Notes: generated by a model from the letters alone, not told the origin. A DNA stretch of 38,641 nt from Rhodoferax sp. (GCA_031379255.1 JANNEZ010000019.1:1-38641); one strand, 5' to 3'. Shown: positions 9,161-19,352, counted from the first letter of the stretch. Numbers and translations: made by a program.

Positions 9161-9947
9161 TTTCCAGACCTTGACCGTCCCGCCGCAGTGGCGGGTGCTG
9201 GATTTCATTTCGGACCTTCATTTGCAGGCTGCGGAGCCAGACACCTTTGCCGGCTGGAAAGCCTACATGAGTGAAACGGCCGCTGACGCGGTATTCATTC
9301 TGGGAGATCTGTTTGAAGTCTGGGTGGGTGATGACGCAGCCGAAACAAGGCCTTCAGGTGAAGTGCCGTTTGAAGCCCAGTGTGCAGGCGTTTTGCGCCA
9401 TGCCGCCAAACGCATGAAAGTCCATTTGATGCGCGGAAATCGGGATTTTCTGTTGGGCCAGGATTTTTGCGACACGACGGGCGTGACTCTGCTCGATGAC
9501 CCCTTCGTGTTGAAGCTGCCGCACGAACGCTGGGTCTTAAGCCATGGCGACGCCTTATGCCTTGACGACGTCGACTACCAGCAGTTCCGGACAACCGTGC
9601 GCTCGCCCCAGTGGCAATCCACTTTCCTGGCCAAACCGCTGCTCGAACGCCGCAACATTGCAAGGCAACTGCGGGAACAGAGCCAGGCGCGCAAACTCGC
9701 CACCGCCCATTTTGCCGATGCTGACCTCGAAGCGACAGTTTCGCTGCTTGAGCAAGCGGGCGCCAGCCATTTGATCCACGGGCACACCCACAAGCCCGCT
9801 GACCACCTGCTCAAGGGCACAATGCAACGCCACGTCTTGAGCGATTGGGATCTGGGAGCGCGGCCCGCCCGCGCCCAGGTACTGCGGCTTGCCGTCACGG
9901 AGGACGAAGTTGCCACAATGTCGCGAATTCCACCTTCGCAAGCCTGA
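9150..9947 (+). CDS. lpxH: UDP-2,3-diacylglucosamine diphosphatase
   Basis: The metallophosphatase motif series is present: [31 protein letters not shown]. The track start is TTG at 9150, overlapping ppiB by 11 nt. TTG 9171 and GTG 9195 are alternatives, so the start is uncertain. Confidence 0.88.
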   Translation: MRSDFQTLTVPPQWRVLDFISDLHLQAAEPDTFAGWKAYMSETAADAVFILGDLFEVWVGDDAAETRPSGEVPFEAQCAGVLRHAAKRMKVHLMRGNRDFLLGQDFCDTTGVTLLDDPFVLKLPHERWVLSHGDALCLDDVDYQQFRTTVRSPQWQSTFLAKPLLERRNIARQLREQSQARKLATAHFADADLEATVSLLEQAGASHLIHGHTHKPADHLLKGTMQRHVLSDWDLGARPARAQVLRLAVTEDEVATMSRIPPSQA

Positions 9948-9964
9948 CGCGCGCAGGTTGTTGA

Positions 9965-10795
9965 ATGCCCCGGTGGATTGACGCCATTTGGTCCAAAAGC
10001 CGGGACAGCGGGCGTTGGGGTTCGTCGAGCCAAACGGACGCTATTTGGCATCAGGTTCTGTCCAGTTTCACGTTTTTGGCGACGCTCGATGCCACGTCAA
10101 CAATTCGCCTTCGAGAACTCAGCCTGCTCTTTCTCAGACAGAAAGAGTTCCAGGGAGCGCACGGTTTGCAGATCACCGACAACATGGCGATGGCCATCGC
10201 AGCCCAGGCCTGTTTGCCCCTGTTGCATATGGGTTCACCGAAAAAAGTGCTGGTTTGGTACGGCGATTTCGTCGGAATTGTGGTGCATCCCGCTGAAATG
10301 CGGGCACATCGCGAACGGGTCGATGAAGCCGGTGTCGTGCATCAATACAAGGAGGAATTGGCTGGCGAGGCCATGGCTGGTGGGCCGGTCACACTAAATT
10401 GGCAAGACGTGGCCAACGCGGGACCGGACGCTGCCTTGGGCAGAAATCTGGTGATTCACGAATTTGCCCACAAGTTGGATATGCGTTCTGGCGAAGCGGA
10501 TGGGTGCCCGCCATTGCCCCATGGGTTTATGGGCATCGCCAGCGCTGTTCAGGCGCGCAAACACTGGCTGGCCACCATGGAACCTGCGTTCGAGTCGTTC
10601 AGGGAGCAATCCACACTGGCCGAGCGTTTTGGTCAAACCCAACCGTGGCTCGACACCTACGCGGCAGACTCGTTGCCTGAATTTTTTGCAGTGGCTTGCG
10701 AAGCCTATTTCGTCAACCGGGAACGCTTCGCGGCTGAATTTCCGGCCCTGGTGCCCCTCTTCAACAATTTCTTCGACCGGCGCGGCCGATATTGA
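9965..10795 (+). CDS. mtfA: MtfA-like zinc metallopeptidase (M90 family)
   Basis: HEFAHKLD zinc-binding HExxH motif in an approximately 270-aa protein, with the PEFFAVACEAYF motif typical of MtfA-type proteins. Confidence 0.7.
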   Translation: MPRWIDAIWSKSRDSGRWGSSSQTDAIWHQVLSSFTFLATLDATSTIRLRELSLLFLRQKEFQGAHGLQITDNMAMAIAAQACLPLLHMGSPKKVLVWYGDFVGIVVHPAEMRAHRERVDEAGVVHQYKEELAGEAMAGGPVTLNWQDVANAGPDAALGRNLVIHEFAHKLDMRSGEADGCPPLPHGFMGIASAVQARKHWLATMEPAFESFREQSTLAERFGQTQPWLDTYAADSLPEFFAVACEAYFVNRERFAAEFPALVPLFNNFFDRRGRY

Positions 10796-10817
10796 ACGGG
10801 GCATTGACCCGGTGAAC

Positions 10818-12440
10818 TCAATTGGCCCATCGGGCCAGGTCAACCTCGTCAATTTGCCAAGGATCCAGAAACTGCAGCGCGTAATCCCGGTAAACACCCT
10901 TGCTCATAAACACGTCAAACAAGTCCGGGTCAATGTGCCCGTTGAGTTTGAACTTGTGCATGATGTCCATGGCCTGTGACAGTTTCATGCCGGGCTTGTA
11001 AGGGCGGTCCTTGGCCGTCAAAGCCTCGAAAATATCCGCAATACCCATGACGCGCGCCTGCACCGACATCTGTTCGCGTGTAAGGCCTTTGGGATAACCT
11101 TTGCCATCCATGCGCTCGTGGTGGCCGCCGGCGTATTCAGGCACGCGCTTCAGGTGTTTCGGCCACGGCAGTTGTTCCAGCATCTTGATGGTCGCAACGA
11201 TGTGGTGGTTGATCGTGTTGCGCTCGGCCTGCGTCAACGTGCCCGCGCGAATGGTCAGGTTTTCAAGCTCGTTGGCGGTCAGAAACTCCTGCTCGAGCCC
11301 ATCCACGCCGCGCCAGGTGTGGCGATGGCCGATCTCGCGCACACGCGCCATCGCGTCCGGTGTCATGGACTCAGAGCCGGTATTGGCAGACCGCAAAAGC
11401 TCGCGTTCGGCATTCAGGGCCTCTATTTCCCGGCGACAGTTCGCGCCAATCTGCGCTTCGGCTTTCGCATCCTTCTGGCTGCGCAGGGAAAGCTGTTGGC
11501 GCAAGGCTTCAATTTCACGATCCCGCTTGAGCACCTCAAAACGCGTGTCAACCAGATCGATGCGGTCAAACAAGGTTTGAAGTTTGGTCGCCTTGTCGAC
11601 AACGTGCACGGGTGTTGTGACCTTGCCGCAGTCGTGCAACAACCCGGCAATCTTGAGCTCGTAACGGTCCCGGTCATTCATTGTGAACGACGCCAATGGC
11701 CCGACATCAGTCGCGTTGACAGCTTCCGCCAGCATCATGGTCAAGGCCGGAACGCGGTGACAGTGTCCGCCGGTGTAATGCGACTTCTCGTCAATGGCAA
11801 GGTTGATCAGGTTGATAAACGACTCAAACAACTCCTCAAGCTGCGTCATCAGGAGCCGGTTTGTCAGGGCGATGGCGGCCTGCGAGGCGAGCGACTCGGC
11901 CAACCTCTGGTCTGACGGGGAAAAATCGCTCACAACGCCGGTATTCGGGTCAGTGGCATTGATCAGCTGAAGAACGCCAATCACCTCGCCTTCATGGTCT
12001 TTCATCGGAACCGCCAGGAAAGACTTCGACCGGTAGCCGGTGCGCTCGTCGAAACCGCGGGTTCCCGAAAAATCGAAATTTGGTTCGGTATAGGCGTCTT
12101 TGATGTTGACCGTCTGGCGGTGGATCGCCGCATACGCGGCGACCAATGAATCGTTGGGGCCGCCATTTTCGTTGAACAGCGGCAAATTGGGGAAATTCAT
12201 TTCGGCGCCGGAAGTGCCACCCATTGCAATGCTGAGAGAGTCCGTGCGCAATATTTCGAAGCGCAACGCCCTGCCGTCGTCCATTGAACGGTACAAGGTT
12301 CCTCCATCGGCATGTGTGATGGATTTCGCAGCGAGCAAAATCGTCTCCAGCAGGCGCGTGATGTCTCGCTCTTTCGAGAGCGACACACCGACCTGATTGA
12401 GTTGTTCGAGCCGCTCAAGCAAATCATGAACCGAATCCAT
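10818..12440 (-). CDS. GAF-domain / HD-GYP-domain phosphohydrolase (probable cyclic-dinucleotide phosphodiesterase)
   Basis: The N-terminal approximately 190 aa are GAF-like (SFLAVPMKDHEGEVIGVLQLIN). HD motif LLHDCGK at aa 268-273 and HHERMDGKGYP at aa 440-450. Confidence 0.85.
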   Translation of the reverse strand: MDSVHDLLERLEQLNQVGVSLSKERDITRLLETILLAAKSITHADGGTLYRSMDDGRALRFEILRTDSLSIAMGGTSGAEMNFPNLPLFNENGGPNDSLVAAYAAIHRQTVNIKDAYTEPNFDFSGTRGFDERTGYRSKSFLAVPMKDHEGEVIGVLQLINATDPNTGVVSDFSPSDQRLAESLASQAAIALTNRLLMTQLEELFESFINLINLAIDEKSHYTGGHCHRVPALTMMLAEAVNATDVGPLASFTMNDRDRYELKIAGLLHDCGKVTTPVHVVDKATKLQTLFDRIDLVDTRFEVLKRDREIEALRQQLSLRSQKDAKAEAQIGANCRREIEALNAERELLRSANTGSESMTPDAMARVREIGHRHTWRGVDGLEQEFLTANELENLTIRAGTLTQAERNTINHHIVATIKMLEQLPWPKHLKRVPEYAGGHHERMDGKGYPKGLTREQMSVQARVMGIADIFEALTAKDRPYKPGMKLSQAMDIMHKFKLNGHIDPDLFDVFMSKGVYRDYALQFLDPWQIDEVDLARWAN

Positions 12441-12479
12441 ACGTGATTCCCCGGGGCTGCTGCCCTGTTTTGCTTCAGA

Positions 12480-15149
12480 TCACTTACGCAGCAGCACTTT
12501 TAACACGTTTTGTAACCGTTTTGAGGCAGTTGTGTCAAATGGACTGGCTAGCACAGACCCCAAATCCTGGGGCCAAGTGGCGGCTGGGGAAGGATCGTGG
12601 CGCCTTGTCAACAGGTGCAACTGCAACACGCGCCGCGCATTCAGATGTTCGGCTGGCGTCGGTTGTTCAGCCGCCATTTCCAGGCGAAGCAGCGGTGTGC
12701 CGTCCGAATTTATCGCCGGTTGGCCCAGCGCCTGTGCCCAGACGTTTCGCGCAGCCGGGCTGGCTGCGGGCCCAAGCGCCTGAACCGATGGAATCTGGGC
12801 CGGGTCGCGGGCCTCCCATGCCGACAACAAATGCACAATCGCCTCGCCGTGCGCCTGGGCAGCGAGTTTCTTCAAGGCCATCTGGGCGCTTTCCAAAGCA
12901 TCCCGTTGCGCCCTGAAAGCCGCGTCTCCCAAACGCGGAGCGTCTACCCGTTCCGGCATTTGGCTCCGATCATCGCGGCCGCCCTTGTCAAAGCGGTTCG
13001 GGCGAGCGCCATCCTTGCGGTCGCCAAATTTGCCGCCGCGCCCTGAGGTCATGGGCTCGGCCTTGCGCATGCCCGGTCGGTCGTCACCCCGAACAGCAAC
13101 GACAGGTTTTCGCGGCGCGGGCGGCGGCGCGGGGGGAGGCGCAACGGGCTCTTCCGGCGCAGCACCCGCAATGTTGACTCCATCCTGCGTGACCGGTTGA
13201 GGGTCGCTGTCCGGTGTCGCTTGCACAGCTGGTGAAGATTCCGATTCCATTGAAGCTTCCGGATTCGGGGGCGTTGCCGCAGCCACAGCTTCCTGGGCAA
13301 TGGCCTGGCCTCGCAGTGCACCGTCCAGGACCGCCATGGCCGAACGAATGGCCTGCGCGTCGCCCGACGCATTGGCCGCGTCCAGAGCCCGTGCGGCATT
13401 GAGCACCATGCGGTCCCGTTCGCTCAAATCTGCAGTGGCCTTTTCACGCTCCGTTGTTTTGCGGTTGAAGGCCTCATCGATCGGCTTGCGAAAGGCGTCC
13501 CATAGTTTTTGTTCAAAGCGCCGGTCCAGCGGAACCGCGTGCGCTTCAGCTTGCCATCGCATCTGCAGCGCCTTGACGGCGTCCACCCGCAATGCCGGCG
13601 CAGTGCCGAGCGCTTTGGCTTCTTCAATCATGGCTTCGCGCCGTTCAACGCTGATTTTTTGCAAAGCTTCCAGAGGCGCTGCGGCAGCGCTGATCGCAGC
13701 CAGCCAGAGCGGTTGAATCTGGGCGAAATCCTTTTCACCCAGATGGCCGGCATCGCGCCAACGGTCGCCAAACTGGTGCAGGATCCGGTTGAAGCCTTTC
13801 CAGTCATCGTCCAACGCAATGGTGTTTGCGGCACCCCAGGCCTTGACCTCTTCAATCAACGCCAGCCGTTCGGCACGGTGTTGCGCCGCCAGGGTTTTGA
13901 TCTTTTCCAACCACGCCTCAACCACCTTGTAAGCCAGGTTGCAGGCCTCGTCAAAACGCTTCCACAGCCCGTGATTGGGCACTCCGCCCTGATCGGTTTG
14001 TTTCCATTGCTCACGCAGGGCGCGCAGGTTCTCCTGCATCTTGCGCCCACCGAGCTCGTGCCCCGCATCCCGCTTGAGCAGGGCTTCGGCCTTGTTGACC
14101 AGATCCTCGCGCAACTGGTCGGCCCGCCAGCGTTGCCAGCTTTCAAGTTCGGTGGCGGCCGCCAGGGCAGCGTTGGCCTGTTGCTCCAGCTTGTCGCCAA
14201 TCAACCGGCTGTTCTCCTTGAGCGCGTTGCGCAAGGCGCTGGCAGCGCCAGCACTGGCTTTGCCGTGGCCTTCGTTTATTTCAAGTTCCAGTTTTACCAA
14301 CACCTCGCGTACGGCTGCCTGGGCCTGGGCACGCACTTCCGGGTCGATTTTTGGCTTTTGCAGCTTCGGCGCTGATTCGACCAGTACACCCCTGGCCGAT
14401 CTCAGTTCGTCGGCCCACACCTGAACAGGTGGCAAGGGAGCCTGGGCATCGTCGCCGGCTGCCACCGCTTGGGCAAGCGCACTTTGGAAAGCCTCCCAAA
14501 CGACCAGCAATTGCGCGCTGGATGCGTCCAGCAGCGGAGGGAATTTCATGTCGACACTTGGCCAATTGGCGTCGCCCTGCAAAACACCGGCTTGAGTTTG
14601 CCAGTGGTTGATGTCAATGCGAACCGCTTCCCACACAGCCTGGGCGTCCCGCCAGGGCTTCATGGACAGGACCTCAATTCGCTGGGCCAGCAGCACGGCC
14701 GCCTCGCGCTGAACCTGAACGCGGTGTTGCAGGTCTTCAATCACCTTGACGCGTTCACCCAACGCGGTTTTGAGCTGGCTCAACGGTTCCTTGGACAGCG
14801 GTGCGCCAGCCTTGGCGGCATCGCGCTGCCAGGCCAGGGCGTCCGCGATGTTCAATTTCGGAACGTCGAGCAGGGCCTGCGCCCTGCCCGCCCATTCAAG
14901 CGCAATGGCATCCTGATTTTTGGCGCGTTTGCGCTCGTCAAGGATTTCGCGCAGGGGTTTGGCAGCCCCCTTGTCGCGTCCGCTGAGCTCCTTGAACACC
15001 GCCTGGATTTCTTCTGGCGAAGGGTCTTTGGCAAGCCATTCCCGAACCCGCAAGGCACGTTCGCCTGAAGTCGCTGCAGTGAAGGCGCCGCCAGTTAACG
15101 CGTCAAGGGCCTGAATATGGTTGTGTTTTGGGGGCAATGCAGTCGTCAC
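12480..15149 (-). CDS. DUF349 repeat protein (889 aa), function unknown
   Basis: Repeated helical units carry the DUF349 signature, for example LRALREQWKQTDQGGVPNHGLWKRFDEACNLAY and VKALQMRWQAEAHAVPLDRRFEQKLWDAFRKPIDEAF. The start is GTG with no clear SD, so it is uncertain. Confidence 0.75.
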   Translation of the reverse strand: MTTALPPKHNHIQALDALTGGAFTAATSGERALRVREWLAKDPSPEEIQAVFKELSGRDKGAAKPLREILDERKRAKNQDAIALEWAGRAQALLDVPKLNIADALAWQRDAAKAGAPLSKEPLSQLKTALGERVKVIEDLQHRVQVQREAAVLLAQRIEVLSMKPWRDAQAVWEAVRIDINHWQTQAGVLQGDANWPSVDMKFPPLLDASSAQLLVVWEAFQSALAQAVAAGDDAQAPLPPVQVWADELRSARGVLVESAPKLQKPKIDPEVRAQAQAAVREVLVKLELEINEGHGKASAGAASALRNALKENSRLIGDKLEQQANAALAAATELESWQRWRADQLREDLVNKAEALLKRDAGHELGGRKMQENLRALREQWKQTDQGGVPNHGLWKRFDEACNLAYKVVEAWLEKIKTLAAQHRAERLALIEEVKAWGAANTIALDDDWKGFNRILHQFGDRWRDAGHLGEKDFAQIQPLWLAAISAAAAPLEALQKISVERREAMIEEAKALGTAPALRVDAVKALQMRWQAEAHAVPLDRRFEQKLWDAFRKPIDEAFNRKTTEREKATADLSERDRMVLNAARALDAANASGDAQAIRSAMAVLDGALRGQAIAQEAVAAATPPNPEASMESESSPAVQATPDSDPQPVTQDGVNIAGAAPEEPVAPPPAPPPAPRKPVVAVRGDDRPGMRKAEPMTSGRGGKFGDRKDGARPNRFDKGGRDDRSQMPERVDAPRLGDAAFRAQRDALESAQMALKKLAAQAHGEAIVHLLSAWEARDPAQIPSVQALGPAASPAARNVWAQALGQPAINSDGTPLLRLEMAAEQPTPAEHLNARRVLQLHLLTRRHDPSPAATWPQDLGSVLASPFDTTASKRLQNVLKVLLRK

Positions 15150-15305
15150 GGTGGATCAGGTTTTTTAGGCCGGCAGTTGTGCCAGCAATCACGCCGGTGG
15201 GGGCGTCAATTGGCAGCGGGGTTCAATCGGACTGGCATTTTCGCCGGTAAATGACCCGGTTTGAGCCGCGGCAACGCTGAATTCCGGCGATGCCTCTGGC
15301 AGGCT

Positions 15306-18300
15306 TCAGTTCGTCGCCAGATTCAGCTCCGCACGCGGCATCCATTTGCCCGGCACGGCAACCGCTTTGTTGTCCGCCGCCGTTTGGGCATTGTCCGAGC
15401 CTGCCGCCTTGGGCTCCACCGTTTCCTTGCCCGCATCGGAGCCCCCGGCTTTGGCAGCCCCCAGAAACAGCCGGTCAACGGGCAACTGCTTGCTGGCCAG
15501 ATAGTCCTTGACTGCCACCCCGCGTTGCAGCGCGAGCTCGCGCATGGCGTCTTGGGTGACAACAATATTCGCCAACAACAAGGCCTGCATTTCTTCTGCC
15601 GGAAGGTCTTTGGCGATGCCCAGAACGTTGCGTGGTTTGGGAAAATCCGAGCGCCGGAAGACTTCTTTCAGCAGCGCCGGTGTTTCAGCCTCAGTCACGA
15701 CCAAAGCCGCAGGCGCAGCAGTTGCCGGCTGGCTGGCCGAACCCTCTGGCGAAGGCGCTGCGCTCGCCGGAACGCCGCCCTGCCCCCCGCCCACCACCTG
15801 GGCACGCCGCTTCTCAGCCTGCAGCAATGACTTCAGCCGCTCGCGTTTGTATGATTCGCGCTCCTCGTCCAGGCTGGACAGACCCACCACCGTCATTTTC
15901 AGCGCCGGGCGATCCAGCAGCGCTTTGGCCACTTTGTCCAGACCCGCTTTGGCGTCTGTTCCCAGCACCGCTGACCCGGGCGCAAAGGCAACTTGGCTGA
16001 GCTCGTCTCCACCACCGCCAAAAGCGGCGGCCAGCAACGAAAACGGCGCGGTGATGGCTTTCACGATGATGTTGCCGATAATCTTGAAAATGATCGGCGC
16101 CAGGCGGAACTGCGGATCGTTGAGTGATCCGCTCACGGGCAGGTCAAGGTCGATCACCCCATTGCGGTCGGCCAGCAAGGCGACGGCCAGGCGCACCGGC
16201 AGGCTGGCAGGCGCGCCCTCTACCTTGTCGCCAAATTTCAGCTGATTGAGGATGATCTTGTTTTTCGCCTCCAGTTGGCCGCTGGGCAAAACCACATAAG
16301 CCAGGTCCACACTCAATTTGCCGCGCTCAATGCCGTGCCCGGCATATTTCACGGAGTACGGCGACAAGGGCGGCAATTCGAGGTCACGAACCGTTGCCTT
16401 GATGTCCAGCGCCAGCGGTTTGGCCAGCGGATTGAGCCGGCCCAAAATCTCCAAGGCCGCCGTGCCTTCTGCGCGACCGCGCAATTCCAGATCGGCCATT
16501 TGTGGTCCACCCTGCCCGGCTGCGCTGGAAAAAGCGCTGAGCCGCCCGTTGAGCTCACTCAAGTTGGCGGAGTAATTGGGCCTGATGAACTGGTCTGAAA
16601 AGAAAACTTTGCCGTTGATCAGGCTGATCGGGCCGATGTTGATGACCGCTTCGGGCCCAGCCGAAGCCGCAACTGTTGACGCAGGCGGGGTCGAGGACGC
16701 GAGGGTGGGCGCAACGGCAGGCGCGCTTGGGTTGGAAGCGCCACCCGTTGGCGCGGCCAGGGAAGCTGCAGAAGGCGCCTCATCGGCTGCTGGCGCACCG
16801 GAAGCCTTGACCAGATCCTGCAAATTTATCCGTCCACTCGGGTCGATCAACACGCGGGCAAAAAAATCAGTCAACGCCGTTTCTGCCACCACCACCGTTG
16901 TGGCCGTTCCGGGCGCCAGCGTCACATCCAGCCCGCGCAGGCTCAGCGCCTTCCAGGTCAGCAATTCCTCGCTGATCTTCAAACCGGCGGGTTCGGCTGT
17001 TTTTGCGACCGCCGCGGGCGAAGCAGAAGGAGCAGGAGCAGCCACAGCTCCCGCGAGGGTGTGGGCACGAAACTCTTCAAGCACAGAGTCGCCTGTGACT
17101 TTGACCGACGGGCCATTGGCGCCGTTGGCAAACTTCACGCTGCCCTTGAATCCGATATCCGCCCGCAGCAGTTCAATGTTCAAAGCGCCCGCAAAATAAG
17201 GCTCAAACGCATGGACCGGGATTTGTGTCGCCGTCAAATTGCCTTGCGCCGAAACCGGCGTGAGTCCCAGGTCGCCCTGGTAGTCCAACTGGCCGGGCTC
17301 GCCTTGAGGCTGTTTGAGTTTGAGCGACAGCGTCAGCGGGAACGGCTTCTTGGCATCCAGCGCAAAACCCTTGAGGTTGACTTTGACCGCCGAAATATCC
17401 AGCGCCACCGGCTTTGCCGCGCTGTTGTCGACAAACTTGAAGGTGCCGCCGTCCAGTTGAATATCCTTGACGTTGACCGCCCAGGGTTTCGCCGCCGGTT
17501 TGGCGCTATTGCCAACGGATGGCGCGGCTGGTCTGAGCCAGCGCTCAAACATCCAGTGCCGGTTGGCGTCGCGCTCCAGCGTGGCGGCGGGTTGCAGCAT
17601 ACTTACTTTGCCGATAACCACACTTTGCTGGGTCAAATCCAGCTGCGTGTCCAGAATTTCAAGCTTTTTCAGGCTTGCCAAGGCGCCTGGGGGCGCCACC
17701 CATTCAGAATTTTTTCCGCTGACTGCTGTGACCGCTTTGACCGCTTTGACCGCGTTGACCGTTCTGGCAGTTTTGCCGGCAGTCGCGCCGCGAGCCGGCG
17801 CAGCCCCCAAGGCGAGGTTGGTCAAGGTCAGGTGTTTGGCCGACAGCTTCAAATCGGCGGGCGTCCAGTCCAGCGCCAATTCAGTCGCCAGGTTCCCGGA
17901 AAGTTGCGGCTCCAGGAATTGCGCGAGGTAGGGCGCGGCCAGGCTCAGCGCGAAATTGCCCAAATCTGCGTTGAGGTGCGCCGCCAGGTCCGTGGCGGTG
18001 CCGTCAAATTTCAAATGGGCCGGAGCACCCGTTTGGGCGTCAGCCGTTGAAATCTGCCCGGAACCATTGAACATCACCGGCTTGGCAAAAGGCCAAACCA
18101 GGCCTTCGGCGCCCAGTTGCAGGTCTTTCACTGCCAGTTTTGCCGAAACTTGGGCGGCGTCGTCCTGCCAATTGAGCAGGCCGCCATTCAACGCGATTTT
18201 GCTGATTTCAACGCGCCACGGCGAAGCTGCCACTGACGCGACGGCGGATTGGGTCTCAGTTTTGGGCTCAGCCTTTGCCTCGGGCTTTTCCGCGCCCGGG

Positions 18301-19352
18301 GGCGTCAGGTTCAGGCGCCCGGTTTTGTCGCGCCTCACGTCCAGTTTGGGCGCATTGAGCTCCACCAGCGCGAGCTTGACCGATTGCTCCAGCGGCCGCA
18401 CGTCGTCCAGCGTGACCTTCAACGCGTCAAAGCCGAGCAAATCCTGCTGTTGCGTGTCTTGCACCTGGACGCCTTTGGCCTGTAGCGTCCCGCTCAATTT
18501 GACAGTTGTGCGCGGCGTCTGCTCGAAAGCCAATTTCAAGTCGGCGTCCAGGACAGCGCCCTGCAGGCGCACCGGCAGACTCGCCGGCAAATAACCCAAA
18601 TAGGGTTTCAGGTCAAAACCCCCCAGCTTGATGACCGCATCGGTCTTATGGCTCGCATTGAACGGTGTGCTGGCACCTTGCGAATCAAATACGCTGCCAT
18701 TGAACCTGAAGGCCAGGCGCGGCTCGGTTTTGATCTCGCGGTCGGCGTCCAGGTTGCTCAAAAACGGCACGCTCAGGGTGAGCGCCCGCAATTCGTGCGT
18801 TTTCTCGACCGATTTGTCGGTGAAATCCATGCTGGCGCCATGAATTGCCACGTTAAACAGCGCAAAGGCTGGCGGCGCTTCATTCGGGTCAACCGGCTTG
18901 GCCGCGGGTTTGCTTAAGCGGGCCAGGATGTCGTCAATATCGTATTTGCCCCGCCCCAAATGGGTGAGTTTGACGTCCAGACCTTCGATTTGCAGGGCAT
19001 CGAGCACCGGTGCCAGGCGCCTCACAGACTGGATGCTGGCGTCGGCATACAGCCGTTTGACGTGGATTTGGGCGGCAGACCCGTCGGCTCGGGCCAGGGC
19101 GATGTCTTCCAGGCTCAATTCCAGCGTCCACGGCTTGAAATCAATCTTCCCGACCCTCAACGTGCGGCCGATTTGTTCGCTGGCGAGTTTTTCCAGCTGG
19201 CTTTTCAGGATGGGTGGCACCAGCGCCCAACTGGCGGCCCCCAGCAAAACCACCCCGCCGGCCAGCCAGCCCAAGCGCTTTAGCCACCGATGCGTCCATC
19301 CCCTGTTCCGCCCTGCCGGTTCCGAGCCGACCTCTTTTGATCCATTTTGCAT
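15306..19352 (-). CDS. giant DUF748/AsmA-like membrane-anchored protein with split OmpA-like C-terminal region (about 1348 aa)
   Basis: N-terminal TM helix (LGWLAGGVVLLGAASWALV), followed by KSQLEKLASEQIGRTLRVGKIDFKPWTLELSLEDIAL, typical of DUF748/AsmA-like proteins. There are Ala/Pro-rich linkers. The C-terminus has OmpA-like pieces (VAFAPGSAVLGTDAKAGLDKVAKALLDRP ... ALQRGVAVKDYLASKQLPVDRLFLG). ATG 19352 is preferred over TTG 19421. Confidence 0.75.
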   Translation of the reverse strand: MQNGSKEVGSEPAGRNRGWTHRWLKRLGWLAGGVVLLGAASWALVPPILKSQLEKLASEQIGRTLRVGKIDFKPWTLELSLEDIALARADGSAAQIHVKRLYADASIQSVRRLAPVLDALQIEGLDVKLTHLGRGKYDIDDILARLSKPAAKPVDPNEAPPAFALFNVAIHGASMDFTDKSVEKTHELRALTLSVPFLSNLDADREIKTEPRLAFRFNGSVFDSQGASTPFNASHKTDAVIKLGGFDLKPYLGYLPASLPVRLQGAVLDADLKLAFEQTPRTTVKLSGTLQAKGVQVQDTQQQDLLGFDALKVTLDDVRPLEQSVKLALVELNAPKLDVRRDKTGRLNLTPPGAEKPEAKAEPKTETQSAVASVAASPWRVEISKIALNGGLLNWQDDAAQVSAKLAVKDLQLGAEGLVWPFAKPVMFNGSGQISTADAQTGAPAHLKFDGTATDLAAHLNADLGNFALSLAAPYLAQFLEPQLSGNLATELALDWTPADLKLSAKHLTLTNLALGAAPARGATAGKTARTVNAVKAVKAVTAVSGKNSEWVAPPGALASLKKLEILDTQLDLTQQSVVIGKVSMLQPAATLERDANRHWMFERWLRPAAPSVGNSAKPAAKPWAVNVKDIQLDGGTFKFVDNSAAKPVALDISAVKVNLKGFALDAKKPFPLTLSLKLKQPQGEPGQLDYQGDLGLTPVSAQGNLTATQIPVHAFEPYFAGALNIELLRADIGFKGSVKFANGANGPSVKVTGDSVLEEFRAHTLAGAVAAPAPSASPAAVAKTAEPAGLKISEELLTWKALSLRGLDVTLAPGTATTVVVAETALTDFFARVLIDPSGRINLQDLVKASGAPAADEAPSAASLAAPTGGASNPSAPAVAPTLASSTPPASTVAASAGPEAVINIGPISLINGKVFFSDQFIRPNYSANLSELNGRLSAFSSAAGQGGPQMADLELRGRAEGTAALEILGRLNPLAKPLALDIKATVRDLELPPLSPYSVKYAGHGIERGKLSVDLAYVVLPSGQLEAKNKIILNQLKFGDKVEGAPASLPVRLAVALLADRNGVIDLDLPVSGSLNDPQFRLAPIIFKIIGNIIVKAITAPFSLLAAAFGGGGDELSQVAFAPGSAVLGTDAKAGLDKVAKALLDRPALKMTVVGLSSLDEERESYKRERLKSLLQAEKRRAQVVGGGQGGVPASAAPSPEGSASQPATAAPAALVVTEAETPALLKEVFRRSDFPKPRNVLGIAKDLPAEEMQALLLANIVVTQDAMRELALQRGVAVKDYLASKQLPVDRLFLGAAKAGGSDAGKETVEPKAAGSDNAQTAADNKAVAVPGKWMPRAELNLATN
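17721..17765. repeat. imperfect 9-bp tandem repeat (5 units) inside the DUF748 gene
   Basis: Plus strand reads GACTGCTGT GACCGCTTT GACCGCTTT GACCGCGTT GACCGTTCT. It is in frame and encodes ...RTVNAVKAVKAVTAVS... on the minus strand. Confidence 0.85.

Noticed and set aside
15508-18594. Several 200-330-aa plus-strand ORFs (15508..16245, 16576..17199, 17061..18050, 17956..18594)
   Set aside because: All are antisense to the continuous 1348-aa DUF748 gene. The products are low-complexity Arg/Ala/Ser-rich translations.
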